Assembly: GCF_009914755.1 (NCBI RefSeq)
Contig: NC_060933.1
Source of the DNA: the human T2T-CHM13v2.0 reference genome, Homo sapiens
DNA length: 64,000 nucleotides
Strand: one strand, 5' to 3'
Positions 26,740 through 39,970 of this stretch are shown here, in pieces (position 1 is the first letter of the stretch; each line of letters starts with the position of its first letter). A model generated the notes under the pieces. That model did not search any database. It saw only the letters and a list, made by a program, of their open reading frames with translations, and was not told where the DNA came from. The position numbers were made by a program, and so were the translations under genes.

Positions 26740-27490
26740 AAGAAGTGGGGCTATCCAAACCTGGCTTTGAATCCTGGCTTTGCTCTATAAGAAATGTAAC
26801 ACCTGAGAGACTTAAATAACTTTTCTGAGCCTCACTCAATTGCCTTTCCTATAGTAATGGGAACAGTAGTGCCTACCATACTGGGTTATTTTAATGATTT
26901 GGTAAAATGGCATATGTCAAAGCCCCTAGAAAGAAACTGTCCAATAGAAATATCACGCAAGCCACATATGTCATTTTCTAGTAGCCACATTTTAAAAAGG
27001 CAAAAAGAAACTGGGAAAATTAATTATAACAACATATTTTCTTTAATCCAATATATTCAAAATATTATCATATCAAAACCCAATCAGTAGAAAAGCTTAT
27101 GTTAATGAAATATTTTACATTCATTTTTTTTCTATGAAGTCTTCAAAAGCCAGTGTGTATTTCACACTTACAATACACCTTAATTTGGACACTAAATTTT
27201 CATAGGAAATGCTTGATCTATATTTAGATTTCTTAAGATTTTCAGTTGAAAAAACAGATTCACATACCCAGGTTGTTCCAAAAGTACTTAAAGTTTTCCA
27301 AAAACTGAACCAAGTATCAGTGTTTTAAATTTAAAATAATCAAGATTAAACAAAATTTAAAAGTCAGTTCCTCAGCCACACTAGCCCCCTTTTAAGTGCC
27401 TAATATCCACATGTATCTAGTGGCTACTGCATTGGACCTTGAAGCCCTAGAGCAATGTCTGGCACTTAGTAAGTGCCCAGTGAATGACAT
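26740..27490 (+). mobile_element. MIR split by Charlie1b
   Basis: cctggctttgaatcctggct ... resumes agcaatgtctggcacttagtaagtgc. Confidence 0.7.
26932..27444. mobile_element. Charlie1b/MER33-family hAT element
   Basis: Ends ctgtccaatagaaa / gtggctactgcattggac. 8-bp TSD ccctagaa/ccctagag. About 513 bp. Confidence 0.82.
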
Positions 27491-27895
27491 ATTTTCTTCT
27501 GCCCACTAATATCTTATTTTAATCCAAAATTTGCTTAGCACTGAAGTTTCAACTTTGAAAGTAATGTGAATACCAACTATGACAGGCTTTCCCTAGCCTG
27601 GGAACCAAGCACTGAGGTGGCATAATTTCCATTTGCCATTCCACAAATCACCCAAAATGATCTTGTGGAACTGCAACCATCAATCCGCTCTAGTTTTTTA
27701 ATGCATTTCAGTACTCCATATTGTTCATACCACACCCTCATGGTTTGTCATATCTCAGATGACAAATAATAATATGAAAGTCTCCATCGCATGCAAAATA
27801 TGAAAATACCAGTGAAAGAATCAGCTTCACCACTCAAACTCTACTCCTTTGGAAATCTGTGAATTTTGGGGCTAATCAAAATATCTATGTGCCCA

Positions 27896-29925
27896 TAGCC
27901 AGAACAATTAGGCCAGATAAATAGACAGATAAACAGCATCCAAGTAGGAAAGGGAGAAGGGAAATTGTCACTGTTTGCTGATGTCATGATATTATACATG
28001 GAAAACTCTAAAGATTCCACCAGAAAACAAAAAAAAAACTGTTAGAATTGGTAAGTAGATTCAGGAAAACTGCAGGATACAAAACCAATATACGAAAATC
28101 AGTAGCATTTCTATATACTAACAATGAGCTACCTGAAAAAGAAATTAAGAAAACAATCCCATTCAGAATGGCGTCAAGTAAAATAAAAATAAAACATCTA
28201 GAAGTAAATTTAACCAAGGAGGTGAAAGATTTGTATGCTGAAAACAGTAAAACGTTGATGAAAGAAATCAAAGAAGACACAAATTAATGAAAAAATATCC
28301 CATGTTCATGGGTTGGAAGAATTAATATTGTTAAAATATCCATACTACCCAAAGCAATGTACAGGTTCAATGTAATGTCTATCCAAATACTCATAATAGT
28401 TTCACAGAAATAGAAAAAAAAATCCTAAAATTGTATGTAACCACCAAAAACTTTGAATATCCAAAGCAGTCTTAAGCAAAAAGAATAAAGCCAGAGGCCT
28501 CATACCACCTAACTTTAGAATATATTGCAAAACTATAATAATCAAAACAGCATCATACTGGCATAAAAACAGATACAAAAGTGCCAAGAGCACACAATGG
28601 AAAAAAGGGCAGTAGTTTTAGGAAAGCTAGATATCCACATGCAGAAGAATGAAACTGGACTCCTATCTCATACCTAATGCAGGGATTAAACACTTGAGCA
28701 CAAGACCTGAAACTGCCACACTATTACAAGAAAATACAAGGCAAAAGCTCTACAACATTGGTCTGGGCAATAATTTTGTCAATATGACCCCAAAAGCACA
28801 GGTAACAAAAGCAAAAATAGACAAATGGGATTATATCAAATTAAAAAGCCTATGCACAACAAAGTAAACAATTACCAGAGCAAAAAGACAACCCACAGAT
28901 TGGGAGAAAATATTTCCAAACCAAATATCAAATACAGGGATAATATTAAAAATATATAAGGAACTAAAACAACTTAATAGCAAGAAATCAAATAACTCTA
29001 TTTTAAAAATAGGCAAAAGACCAGAATAGACATTTCTCAAAAGACATACAAATGGCCAACAGACATAGGAGAAATGCTCAACATCATGAATCATCAGGGA
29101 TATGCAAATTAAAACCACAATGAGATATTATGTCATAACTGTTGGAATGGCTATTCTCAAAGGTGAAATATGGCAAGTGCTGGCAAGGATGTGGAGAAAA
29201 AGGAACCTTGGAACGTTGTTGACAAAAATGTAAATTAGTACAGCCATTGTGTAAAATGCTATCGCAGTTCCTCAGTAAACTAAAAATAGAATCATCATTA
29301 GATCCAGCAATCTCACTACTGGGTATATATCCAAAGGAACTGAAATCAGTATGTTGAAGAGACATCTGCATTCCCATGTTCATTGCAGCATTATTCATAA
29401 ACGCTAAGATGCGGAATCAACCTAAGTGTCCATCAACGGATGAGTGGATAAAGAAAATTCTGTATACATACACAATGTAATGCTATTCAGCCTTAAAAAA
29501 AAAAAGTCCTATCATTTGTGACAATATGGATGAACCTGGAAGACACTATGATAAGTAAAATAAGGCTGAAAAAGACAGACAAACACTATATGATCTCACT
29601 TACATGGGGAAGCTAAAAAAGTCAAATTTACAGAAGTATTTAAGTCAAATTTATATAATGAGGGTTACCAAAGGTTGGGAGTGAGGGAATGGGGAAGACA
29701 TTGACCAAAGGGTACAAAATTTCAGTTAGACAGAAGGAATACAAACAGCATGATGACCATTGTAAATAACAATGTATTATATATTTTTAAACTGCTACAA
29801 TAATAGATTTTACAAGTGTTCACTAAAAATATCTGAGGAGATGATATATTAATTAGCTTGACACACAATCATTTCACAATTATCAAAACATCACATTGTA
29901 CTCCATAAATAAAAAATATATAGCC
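27896..29925 (+). mobile_element. 5'-truncated L1MA (MA7/8-like), ORF2 C-terminal half and 3' UTR
   Basis: ORF2 peptides in the ORF track (KSVAFLYTNNE, KAKIDKWDYIKLKS); L1MA-type 3' UTR. Confidence 0.9.
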
Positions 29926-30319
29926 ATGTGCCAATTTAAGAAATCCATAATTCACCTTTATAAAACATCTCCTCCCTGGAATTGTACAAAGAGCTTTTTG
30001 AATGCCACAGCTGTTAGTCCAAAGCTTTCTGAGCCATGAATATCTGACCTGCTTTCAAGAAGGCAGGCCAGTAAAAGAACTAAACCCCACTCTGCTTTTT
30101 TTTTTTTTAATTCCTTAAGGATGTAGAAATCTGAGAAAAAAATTAATGGAAGATTCAAATGTTTGGACTAGATGTGTAATCACAGTCCATGGTTCTTGCA
30201 CCAAGAATGTGCACTGAGTTGTGAGGACCCAGATACTTTCCCCAGATCTCCACAAAAGGCAGTGTTAGGTCTGTCAGATGATCCAAAATCCACGGCACAG
30301 TGGTTAATAACTTCTTAGG

Positions 30320-30790
30320 TGTAATGAATATCTGCTCTTGCTGCCTACCCAGTATCCCTTCCCCATACCATTGATAACATTGCCCTGTTCCTTCAGGGTA
30401 AGTAACCTTTTATTGGACATAGACTGCTGGGATTCTCAATTAAATTGTCCTTTCCTCTCTGTCAACAAGTATGTGTTTGGCCAAAACCAAGCCAATCAAT
30501 TTCTCTCTTCTTGAAATTTGAATCTTGAACAAAGTGTCACAAGGATTCATAATGGCTAGAACTTTTTCTTTCTGACATCTTGACATCCTAGCCTTAAAGA
30601 GTCTATAAGTTCTGTCTCTAGATTTCAAAAGCTTCCTTGCTTCTTCTTTCCAAGGACTGGTCTTACTTCATTTCGAGCTTTTTATTCAATCCCATAGTTC
30701 CATAGCCTTCAATAAATTCCCTGTTTTTCCATTCCTGACATTACCTAGAGTCTGTTTGTTGCTTGAACCCAAACATTCCTATCTGAAATA
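30320..30790 (+). mobile_element. Old ERVL solo LTR (LTR33/LTR16-like)
   Basis: TG start, agccaatca box, aataaattccctg...gagtctgtttgttgcttg terminus. Confidence 0.6.
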
Positions 30791-32180
30791 ATAGGTAATG
30801 TTCTATTATCAAACATGAATTCTCTCAGGCCCATGGCTGCTTGGCCAAAATGAACTTGCTGCTCTTTCTCCGATTATTCAGACAGAGAGATGCCTGTTAA
30901 TGAGCTCATGAAGTTGAGTAACAGTTTCAGACAATTGCTTTGCAGACTCCCAAGGGCCCTAATTAGAATCCTTTATTTGTCTCCAACTGAGGCAACCTTC
31001 ACTGTGGAGGTGGGGATTTTTGAAGGACATGAAGAAAGTCTTCAGATTATTTTGACCTGAGAAAAACCCTTTGGCGTGATTCTAACTGATAAGATTGTAA
31101 AATACAGCCATATTGCAAAATCAAGTATTACTGAGCTAGACCCCAGGCAAATAGTTTTTCCATTTTTAGGGCAAATTATCCTCAATATTAAATTCCTTAC
31201 TGATGTTTCACCTCCTTGCTAATTTTTATTTTTCTTTATCAAGTTGTGTGGGCTTTTATATTTCTTCTTTGGCAGTTCTATGACTTCCTAAAATAATTGC
31301 TGAAAAAGAAATATAAAAGGCCATTCAACTTGATAAAAACAGTCAAGCTGCCTATACTATCTGAAACAAAAAATGTGCACAATGAAATGTAAATATTGTT
31401 GACAGTCAATGGCTTCTATGTATAGAATACAGTGTGACTGTTAATGATGGAAAAATATTTGTGTGCTCAGAGAAATACAGGCCAATTGTTCTGCAAGCAT
31501 GTTACAAAACTACTTCCAAAAGTTATACATAGTACAGGGTATAAGCCAATTTTTTGGCAGTCTACATTACCAGGGATCATTTTTAAATTAAATCTCATAA
31601 TTCTATTGCTGTCCTCTGCCACCATTCATATTTCCTCAGGAATGATTTTCCTCCAAAACATTATTACCAGCTCCCATATATCAGTTCTCTGTGTTGATCT
31701 TGAGATCAAGCCACAGGTTTTTCCCCTTCCTCATTAGCAAAAGACTTGCTTGGCCTTGGGATAACCCATCTCTTGCCACATTCTCCCAGTATATTGTTTA
31801 TGCCTTTTTTAACAAGAAATATACATTTGGAGGTTCAATAAATTCTTTCAGGGCACTCAGGTCACATTTGAAATCCTAATGAAGTAATGTGCAGAGCTGA
31901 AGCCCAGTGACCTATAAAGGTGAGTTCAGCCTTGCATAGTTTTCCCCGGAGAGTAACAGCTACACAGGCCTGACTTAGGCAATGAAAGAATGCTGTCCAT
32001 AATGTTTCCCATTACTCTTATGTATCTTATGCATTAGTGTCATTCTTAGGGACTAAGGTAAAATGACATTCTGATATTGGAAAAACACATTATGGAATAG
32101 TTTATCTAAAGCACTTTGTATAAACAATAAAATAATTAAGTATTCACCTACAAAAAAGATGCAGTTGTTTCATTATTATT

Positions 32181-32460
32181 TGTCAAAAAATGTGAAGGGC
32201 CTGAGATTTTACTCAACTTGCAAGCTTACAAATTAGCCTGGTACAGTTTCATGGATGCTGGCAGAAGACACAAGACTTTTGAGTCAGAGACAAAGACGTT
32301 TATTATTCACAGCACAGAAAGCAGCAAGAACAATATATTTGTAAATTTCCCTTGTCCCCCAGTATCACGGGAGCAACACAAATGGTTCTAGTGGGTTTTG
32401 TTGTAGAAGTAGAAGCTCATGCTTAGGGAAACCATATCTTTTATAATGGGCAGTATACTG
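32181..32460 (-). mobile_element. ERVL LTR fragment (MER54/MER74/MER76 group)
   Basis: gtgaagggcctgagattttac...cagtttcatggatgctggcagaagacac. Confidence 0.65.
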
Positions 32461-33282
32461 TACTGTAGGGAAAGATGCCCTAAGTGACCTATGCCCAATT
32501 TTCTAAAAAAAAAATTAGAGATTGCTTTTAGATAAATAGTAACCAAAAGTAGACAATAGCTATTTAGGCTTAGTTCTCAATAAGAAATCTATTACTTAGC
32601 CTTCCCACCCAGGGCAACATCATCTAAAATGTAATTGTCACTAGAATCAGGAATCTCTATTTAAGGACAACTGCAGAGCTTTTTTTAAAAAAAAAAAATT
32701 CAAGATATTAAATATATTCTTTGTGAATGACTTAACTACCTTATAAAATGAACTATAAATGACTTACTGAAAACATAGATATATTTTCCACTTATTATGG
32801 GCATAGCACAGCAATCACTGTGCTGAGTACTTTCTATACATTATTTTATTAAATCCTTCTAAAATTACTGGGTGTTATTATCTTTATTGTTGACATGAAA
32901 AAAAACAAGACTCACAGAATAAACTGCTCAGTACATCTATAAATGGCAGGATCAGGATTTGAACAGTGGTCTGGCCAACCCCAAATTCAGGTGCTTATCT
33001 GCTGTACTACATTGTGTCTTCAAATAATTACCTAGTGCTTAAATGTATATGGACACACAGAAAAACACAATACAATATGGGGGTCTGTTGTAAACTATCA
33101 ATTCTGTCTCTCTAAGGTATTGGTAAAACCCTTAATCAGGATCAGGCAGTGTCATATCTTAGTTCTGCTACTCAGAACTGAGCTGGAACTGAAGATCTTC
33201 ACTTTAATCTCATTCCTATATGCTTAGGGCTGCAATGAGACAAAGATATTCCATGCAGATATGCCCAATAAAAATGCTACCA

Positions 33283-33678
33283 TATATACTGGATTTTTAA
33301 AATGTAGATATACACAATGAAGTACTATGCAGACATAAAAAAGAATGAGATCATGTTCTTTGCAGGAACATGGATGGAGCTGGAGGCCATTATCCTAAGT
33401 GAACTAACTCGGGAACAAAAAACCAAATACTGCATGTTCTCACTTATAAGTGGGATCTAAGCTTTGAATACATACGGACACAAAGAAGGGAGCAATAGTT
33501 ACTGGGGCCTACTTGAGGGTGGAGGATGGGAGGAGGGTGAGGATCAGAAAACTACCTATTGGGTACTATGCGGATGACCTGAGTGACAAAATAATCTGTA
33601 CACCAAACCCCCACAACATGCAGTTTACCTATATAACAAACCTGCACATGTACCCCTGAGCCTAAAGTAAAAGTTAAA
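33283..33678 (+). mobile_element. L1PA15/16-like 3' end
   Basis: Primate L1 3' UTR. Perfect TSD aaaaatgctacca at 33270-33282 and 33679-33691. Confidence 0.9.
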
Positions 33679-35015
33679 AAAAATGCTACCAGATCTTACA
33701 ATCTAGAGAATAAGTTTCCTGTAGCTCATTGGCCAAAATCAACTTACCGATTTTTCTTAACTAGTACAAATTTAACTAGCTATCCAGTAATAGATTTAGA
33801 TAGCCTGTGTTCCGGATCATGTTTTGATCATCTTTGACCAATAAATTCCCATCCCTTTCTGATCTACACTGGCCCCTTGCAAATGATCTCATGTTTGTCT
33901 AAGAGGTGGTACATCAAACGCAAAAGTTAACATTGTATTGGAAACAGGGTGAGGTGGGAACCAACGTCACAGGATATTTCTTCATAAAAACAATTTAATA
34001 GAAGCTGACCCTAAACCTTGATTAACATGGAGGGTAGCTCTTAAATTCTTTGTTGTAATGCCAGACCACTACAGGTCAACAGAAACAAAGCAAACATCCC
34101 TACAGGCAAAAAATGAAAACTATCACTTCCAAGAACAAGAGCCATGCCTTAGTAAGAGAAAAATATTCTTTCATCATCATGGTTAAATAGTCTTGCCTTC
34201 AAGAAAAAAAATAATGTTTACCCTTGAGAAAATGTTTATTTAATAGCTCAACTAGTAAAGGAACTAGCATTGGAAAGTTTGCAAAGAAACTTGCCTTTGT
34301 ATCCATGCTTACCATTGCTCACGAGACTGAAATCCATCCTTCTTCTCTGCCTGCCCCCACTTTGGGGAACAGCAAGAAGTATTACCCTTTTGGCCAAAGT
34401 ACAGGGTGCTATTCAGTATTTCCAGATTCACAAAAGGGCAAGACTTTGTGCTATGAAAGAAGTGGCAATGTCTCTAGGAAGTCTTTAGGAATATCACAGT
34501 GAGAGACTTTAAAAGTAAGCATATGGAGCATGAGTATAAACATTAAAGCAGGAAAGCCTGGAATGTGAGAGATCCCCGTAGAGGGTCATCTACTTGTGAA
34601 GAGCTAAGGCTTAGGGAGTCTTTCCTTTGAGATGGAAGAGAAAATTGAGTTAGCTAGACTTGTAGTCTTTGTTTTTTTCTATATTATAATATCTCTCTAA
34701 ATTGTCCTAACCCTTCAGTAAAGAACTTTGCACGTGTCTATGAAATGTGATGGGTAAGACTTTTGGATACTGAAATAACAAGGCTCACCCCATTTCCTCC
34801 CAGACTTGAACGTAGAAGGGAATTGTGCCCCTCAGGTGGCTCTGAATCACAGACATCAGTTAGTAATGATTCTGGATCCTGCAATCCTATTCTGCGGGCA
34901 ACAACCTATGAATGGTCCCAAGCCTGCTGGAGGCAGCTTTTGCAACAGGGCCTCACTGACCTCCAGGCTACATCCCCAAAGATCAAAATCCAGCTTTTAA
35001 AGTGCACAGTGTGCG

Positions 35016-35347
<332 letters not shown>

Positions 35348-36809
35348 AAAGTGCACAGTGTGCTTATTATTGTTGTAATCCTTTCTGCCCCTGTTTGCCA
35401 TTACATTCATTTGTGCCAACACTGGGTGTGCAAAGTGGTGAAAACCAGAAATGATGGGCAGCAAATGCCCCATTTTCCAATAGGAGATACTTTAAGGAAC
35501 CATTTGCCCTTTGCCAGGAAGAAAATGACTTTCTGGAATACTTCTTATCGGTTCTCTGAGATAGTTCATTTAATTGCCTCATGTAAATCTGTGTGTATGT
35601 GTGTGCACATGTGTGTTTTACAGAGAAAGCATAGATTAATGAAGGAAATGATTAAGAAAAAGAAGACAACAAAAAGCTAACATTTACTATCTTTTTAGGT
35701 GCCTTATTTATATTAGCTGATTTAATGGTCATCTCAAACAATCACTAGTATGCCCATTTGAAAGACAAAACGAAAAAGGCTCAGACATATTAGATAATGT
35801 GCCAAAATTCATATGACTACTCAAGGCAAATGCACGATTTAAACTGAGTTCTGAGTCCGCACCCTTTGCTATTTTCCAAAACTGCATGAATGTGTTTTGT
35901 AAACCATAGATATAAAATATTCCATGAAGGTGGGCTCTGCTGAACATATCTTTGGAGAGTTTTTCAGGAAACTGAGAAGAGAGATTTGGAGCTAGCCTAA
36001 GGGATTAAATGATTTCTGACAGACATACAACAACCCCAGCCTCCCTACAGATTAAGGAAGTGCTTGACCTCCATAGCAAGTTCCAGATCATGACCAGTTT
36101 TCCCTCAAGCAAACCAATCCTCACTAAAAGAACTCCAGGGGCTTATCAGGTGACCTAAAATTTCTAACCCAGGACAGAAAAAGTCAGCAAAATCTAGGGC
36201 CAGAGGCAGGTATGAGAATGTCTAGGGCAGTATTGTTACCAGATCTTTTCCCTAGGCACTGAGAGTGTCACACAACTCTGCAGTTAACAATATTTAACTA
36301 CTATCTACCAGGGTTCTGGGGATCATTAACATACAAATAATTGTTCACATTTTCTTGTCAACAGCAAATGGTGAAAACCAGAAATGAAGGGAAACAAGAA
36401 GACAATGAACAGGGTTTCTAAATAAAGGTGTGGGGGATGCGGAGGTGGGAGTGGGATGGGCGGCCAGCAGTCACAGGAGAAGCCAAGGAGGCACAGAGGC
36501 ATTTTCTCTATTTCCCAGTGTACAACTTAAGACGTCAACAAAAAAACTGCCCATTATCCCCAGAATCTCTGCTCTACTCACAGTCTAACTTTCCACAGGC
36601 TGAGGCCTGAGATCAGGAGGTTATTAAGGAAAAGTGATGTTTACAGATCAAGCCTCCACACCAGTCTGGAAAGTAGTTCAGGAGGTTGTTGTCCCCAATG
36701 GTTCCAAGAGAAAAATTATAGATCCCTAGAGTTTAATGTTCTTGAAAAAATCCATGAAGGTATTATGAAATACACATGCCATAAAATGCTTCACCTGACC
36801 TCAAGGCTC

Positions 36810-37050
36810 CAGTTAGTTATGATATTTGTTGAGTGGTTACTATGTGCCAGGCATTCTGCTAGATGCTTTGTGTGCTACATAAAAATATATCATCTTCACC
36901 AGAAAACCTCAAGTGGGTATTAACGATTCTCATTTTATAGATCAGCAAACTGAGTCTCAGAAAGCTTAAGAACAGAGCAAAGAACCAATCAGTGGTGCAA
37001 ATAAGTTTCAATCCCAGGTTAGTTTTAATCCAAAGCCAGCACAAGTTCCA
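36810..37050 (-). mobile_element. MIR (similar copies at ~32790-33010, 35670-35880, 38345-38580, 39060-39285, 40705-40930, 45620-45780, 47330-47540, 50625-50870, 60500-60695)
   Basis: tactatgtgccaggca and cattttatagat...aaactgag MIR core motifs. Confidence 0.7.
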
Positions 37051-39620
37051 TTAAATCAACAACTTCTTGAGTACGTGTGTGGCATGGGCAGGGGAGGGTA
37101 TGAAACAGCAGGAATTATCTTTAAGTTTTGCATTAAAACAAACCTTTAAGCCTAAGATATTAATAAAGGCATCTATAGTTGTGCATTTTCAAGCAGCAGT
37201 GGTCAGACCAAAAGAATTCTTTAGGAACAGCAAAGAATTATCCTGATGGCCCTGGACATGAGGCCAGCCAGGTGTGGGGGCTGAATCTCTTAAAGCATTT
37301 CAGCTGCACCCAGAAGGCAAAGAGCCAAGTATTTGTACACAGAGCAAAATATATCTTTTCTCTCCAATGCCTCTGTCCCAACACTGATCAGGAAGTTGAC
37401 ACCAGCTAATTTCCTAGGGAAGGTAACGAGCTCACTCCAGGACACTTTGAGCCCTTTCCACCCAGATGCTTGGGGCTTCCCTGACTGAGTAGTCCTCCCA
37501 CTCCACCTGTTTGCTCTCATGAATCAATAGAGTTCATGGTTATATGTTCAGGGTTATGGACTCAGATGGCCCAGCCACCTCATATTCCTATCCTGGATGA
37601 CGGTGTTCCAAGCACATCCCAGAATAAGTATCTTGAGGAGCACTTGTCCTCTTCTCATTTGTGGTCCTGATGTAACCGAAGGAGTCAGAAGTCCTTTCAG
37701 AGATGAACTTGCCTTATCTTGCATTTGCTCTAATCACACTGGACTTTGATTCCCAAACGTACCTCACAGTTTTCAATTCCTCGGCCTTTGTGCGCACCAT
37801 TTCTTTCCGCTGAGTGACCAAATTCTCTGTCTCCATTGAATAAAATGCAAATACATTTTCCTTTTCAGCATCAAACCATCAGTCTTACTATGACAAACGC
37901 TGGATTAGAGAACTTGGCTTGGACCTGTGACCAAGCCTAGACCTTGCTATCCACCCAAGGGGATAGTTAGATACTGCTCCAGAAAACTGCAATCAAATAA
38001 AATAAAAAATGCAGAAACTGGAAGTCTGTTATTATAGTCTGTGGTGGGGATAAATAAAATGATTACATTTTTAAATTGGATTTTCTCTGATAACCAGAAC
38101 TAGGGATCCTTTTTGAGTGACTTCTTTCATTTCTATCAAACCTAGAAATGTGACAGCTTTAGGTCTGCTTCCTAATTTATGTACAATTTTGCTCATGAAT
38201 CTATATGTAAGATTTTTACCAGAAAATTTATTATTTTGACCTGTTATTGCTTCATAACCTTAATATTTTTAGAATTAATATCTAGGAAAAACGTATAATT
38301 GTGATATCATGGGTGAGTGCTACACTAAATGCCATACTTAAAAGTTTAAAGTAATAGCAGTTAACATTTATTTAGCATTCACTATTACGCCATGTACTGT
38401 TTTATACACTTTATACAGATTCATTAATTAATCCTATTGATTAATTTATTCCTATTCATTAATTCACTTATTGCCTAAGATTGGTACTAAATTATCCCCA
38501 CGTGATAGCTCGGCACAGAGAGGTCAAATGCATTTCCCAAGGACATGCACAGTCCGACCTCAGAGTTCTTATTCTCAACACTACGTGACGTATGTCTTCA
38601 ATTTTCAAATTCTCCAACACTAAATTATAATTTATTTTGCTTCTGCTAGCATGCCATAAAATCCAATGATGCCCAAAGAAGTATTAGTAACAATAAGCAC
38701 AGTTTAAATAAAGTTTGCTTATTCATTCATTCTCACATCAGTTAACATCTATCCACTGTCTACTATAGAGTGGCCAGTCTGTGCCAGGTATACAAGAGAC
38801 AAAAATGAGTAAAACAGAGTCCTGGTTTCAAGGAATTCAGTTAAGTAGTAGAACGCTAAGAAGTCTGAGGTCGCTAACCCATTGCTTTATGCTTCTTGCT
38901 CTCGGCAACATTTTCCTGCCTTCCACCTTCTCTGGCCCTTCTGACTTTAACATCACTCTAGGCAACTTGGTCATTTCACATTGTTAGCCATGCTGAAAAA
39001 CCAAACTTTACATAAGAAGAACACAATTACTACCATACTATCAATTTCAAGGCAAATTCTCATCTAATTTACACTTATTTATTTACATGCCATGTTCATT
39101 GCAGCTTGATTTGCATTGAGTATTCTATTCACAATAACTTGCAAGGGAGGCATCATTATCCACTACTTTTCAAAGCAGGAATCTTGGGGAAGCTCAGGTA
39201 AGTTAGGTGGCTTTCCCAGGTCACAAGCAGCAGCGCCAGAAGTTATCTGACTGTAAAATCCAAACTCTTTCCACCAGACTGTGGTGCCTCTTCTTCATAT
39301 ATCCTTTACGTATCTGGTCTTTTTTTCCTGGGTGTGGTTGGGCTCTGAATGTCTGCTTCCCTTCATTCCTTGGTAAGTGGTTTGAGCAAAGTTCTATGAT
39401 ACCACATACATAACACTGGACTCAACCGACCACAGAGGCAACTGGAAGGTTTTCTTCGCCTGCTTTCCTGTTAAGGGTGGAGGGAGCCTGAAGCAGCCAG
39501 AGCCCTTCTTCTCTCATCTGACCCCACCCTGACCTCCTTGGAGATGTCCAGAGCCAAACCCACTTCCCAAGCATCAAGCAGCCTCAGCCAAAACCTGTGT
39601 CTATGTAAGGAGCATGTGTC

Positions 39621-39970
39621 TGTATCTTCCTTTTTTCAGGCTGCTATAATAAAGGACTATAAACTGGAGGGCTTATAAACAACAGAAATTTATTTCTCAC
39701 AGTTCTGGAGGCTGGGAAGTTCAAGATTAAGGCACCAACAGATTTGGTGTCAGGTGAGGGCCTGCCTTCTCATTCATAGATGATGCCTTCTGGCATTGTC
39801 CTCACATGGCACAAGGGACAAATGAATGCCTTTGGGTCTTACTTATGTGGGCACTAATATCATTATGAGGGCTCCTATCTCATGACCTAATCACTTCCCA
39901 AAACCCCCATCTTCTAATACCATCACCTTCAGGGTTAGGATTTTAATATACAAATTTTCAAACCATAGTA
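39621..39970 (-). mobile_element. MLT1A-type solo LTR
   Basis: gcttataaacaacagaaatttatttctcacagttctggaggctgggaagt ... caaaccatag. Confidence 0.85.

Noticed and set aside
28008-29398. ORFs resembling reverse-transcriptase protein
   Set aside because: Broken L1 ORF2 with stops, frameshifts and deletions
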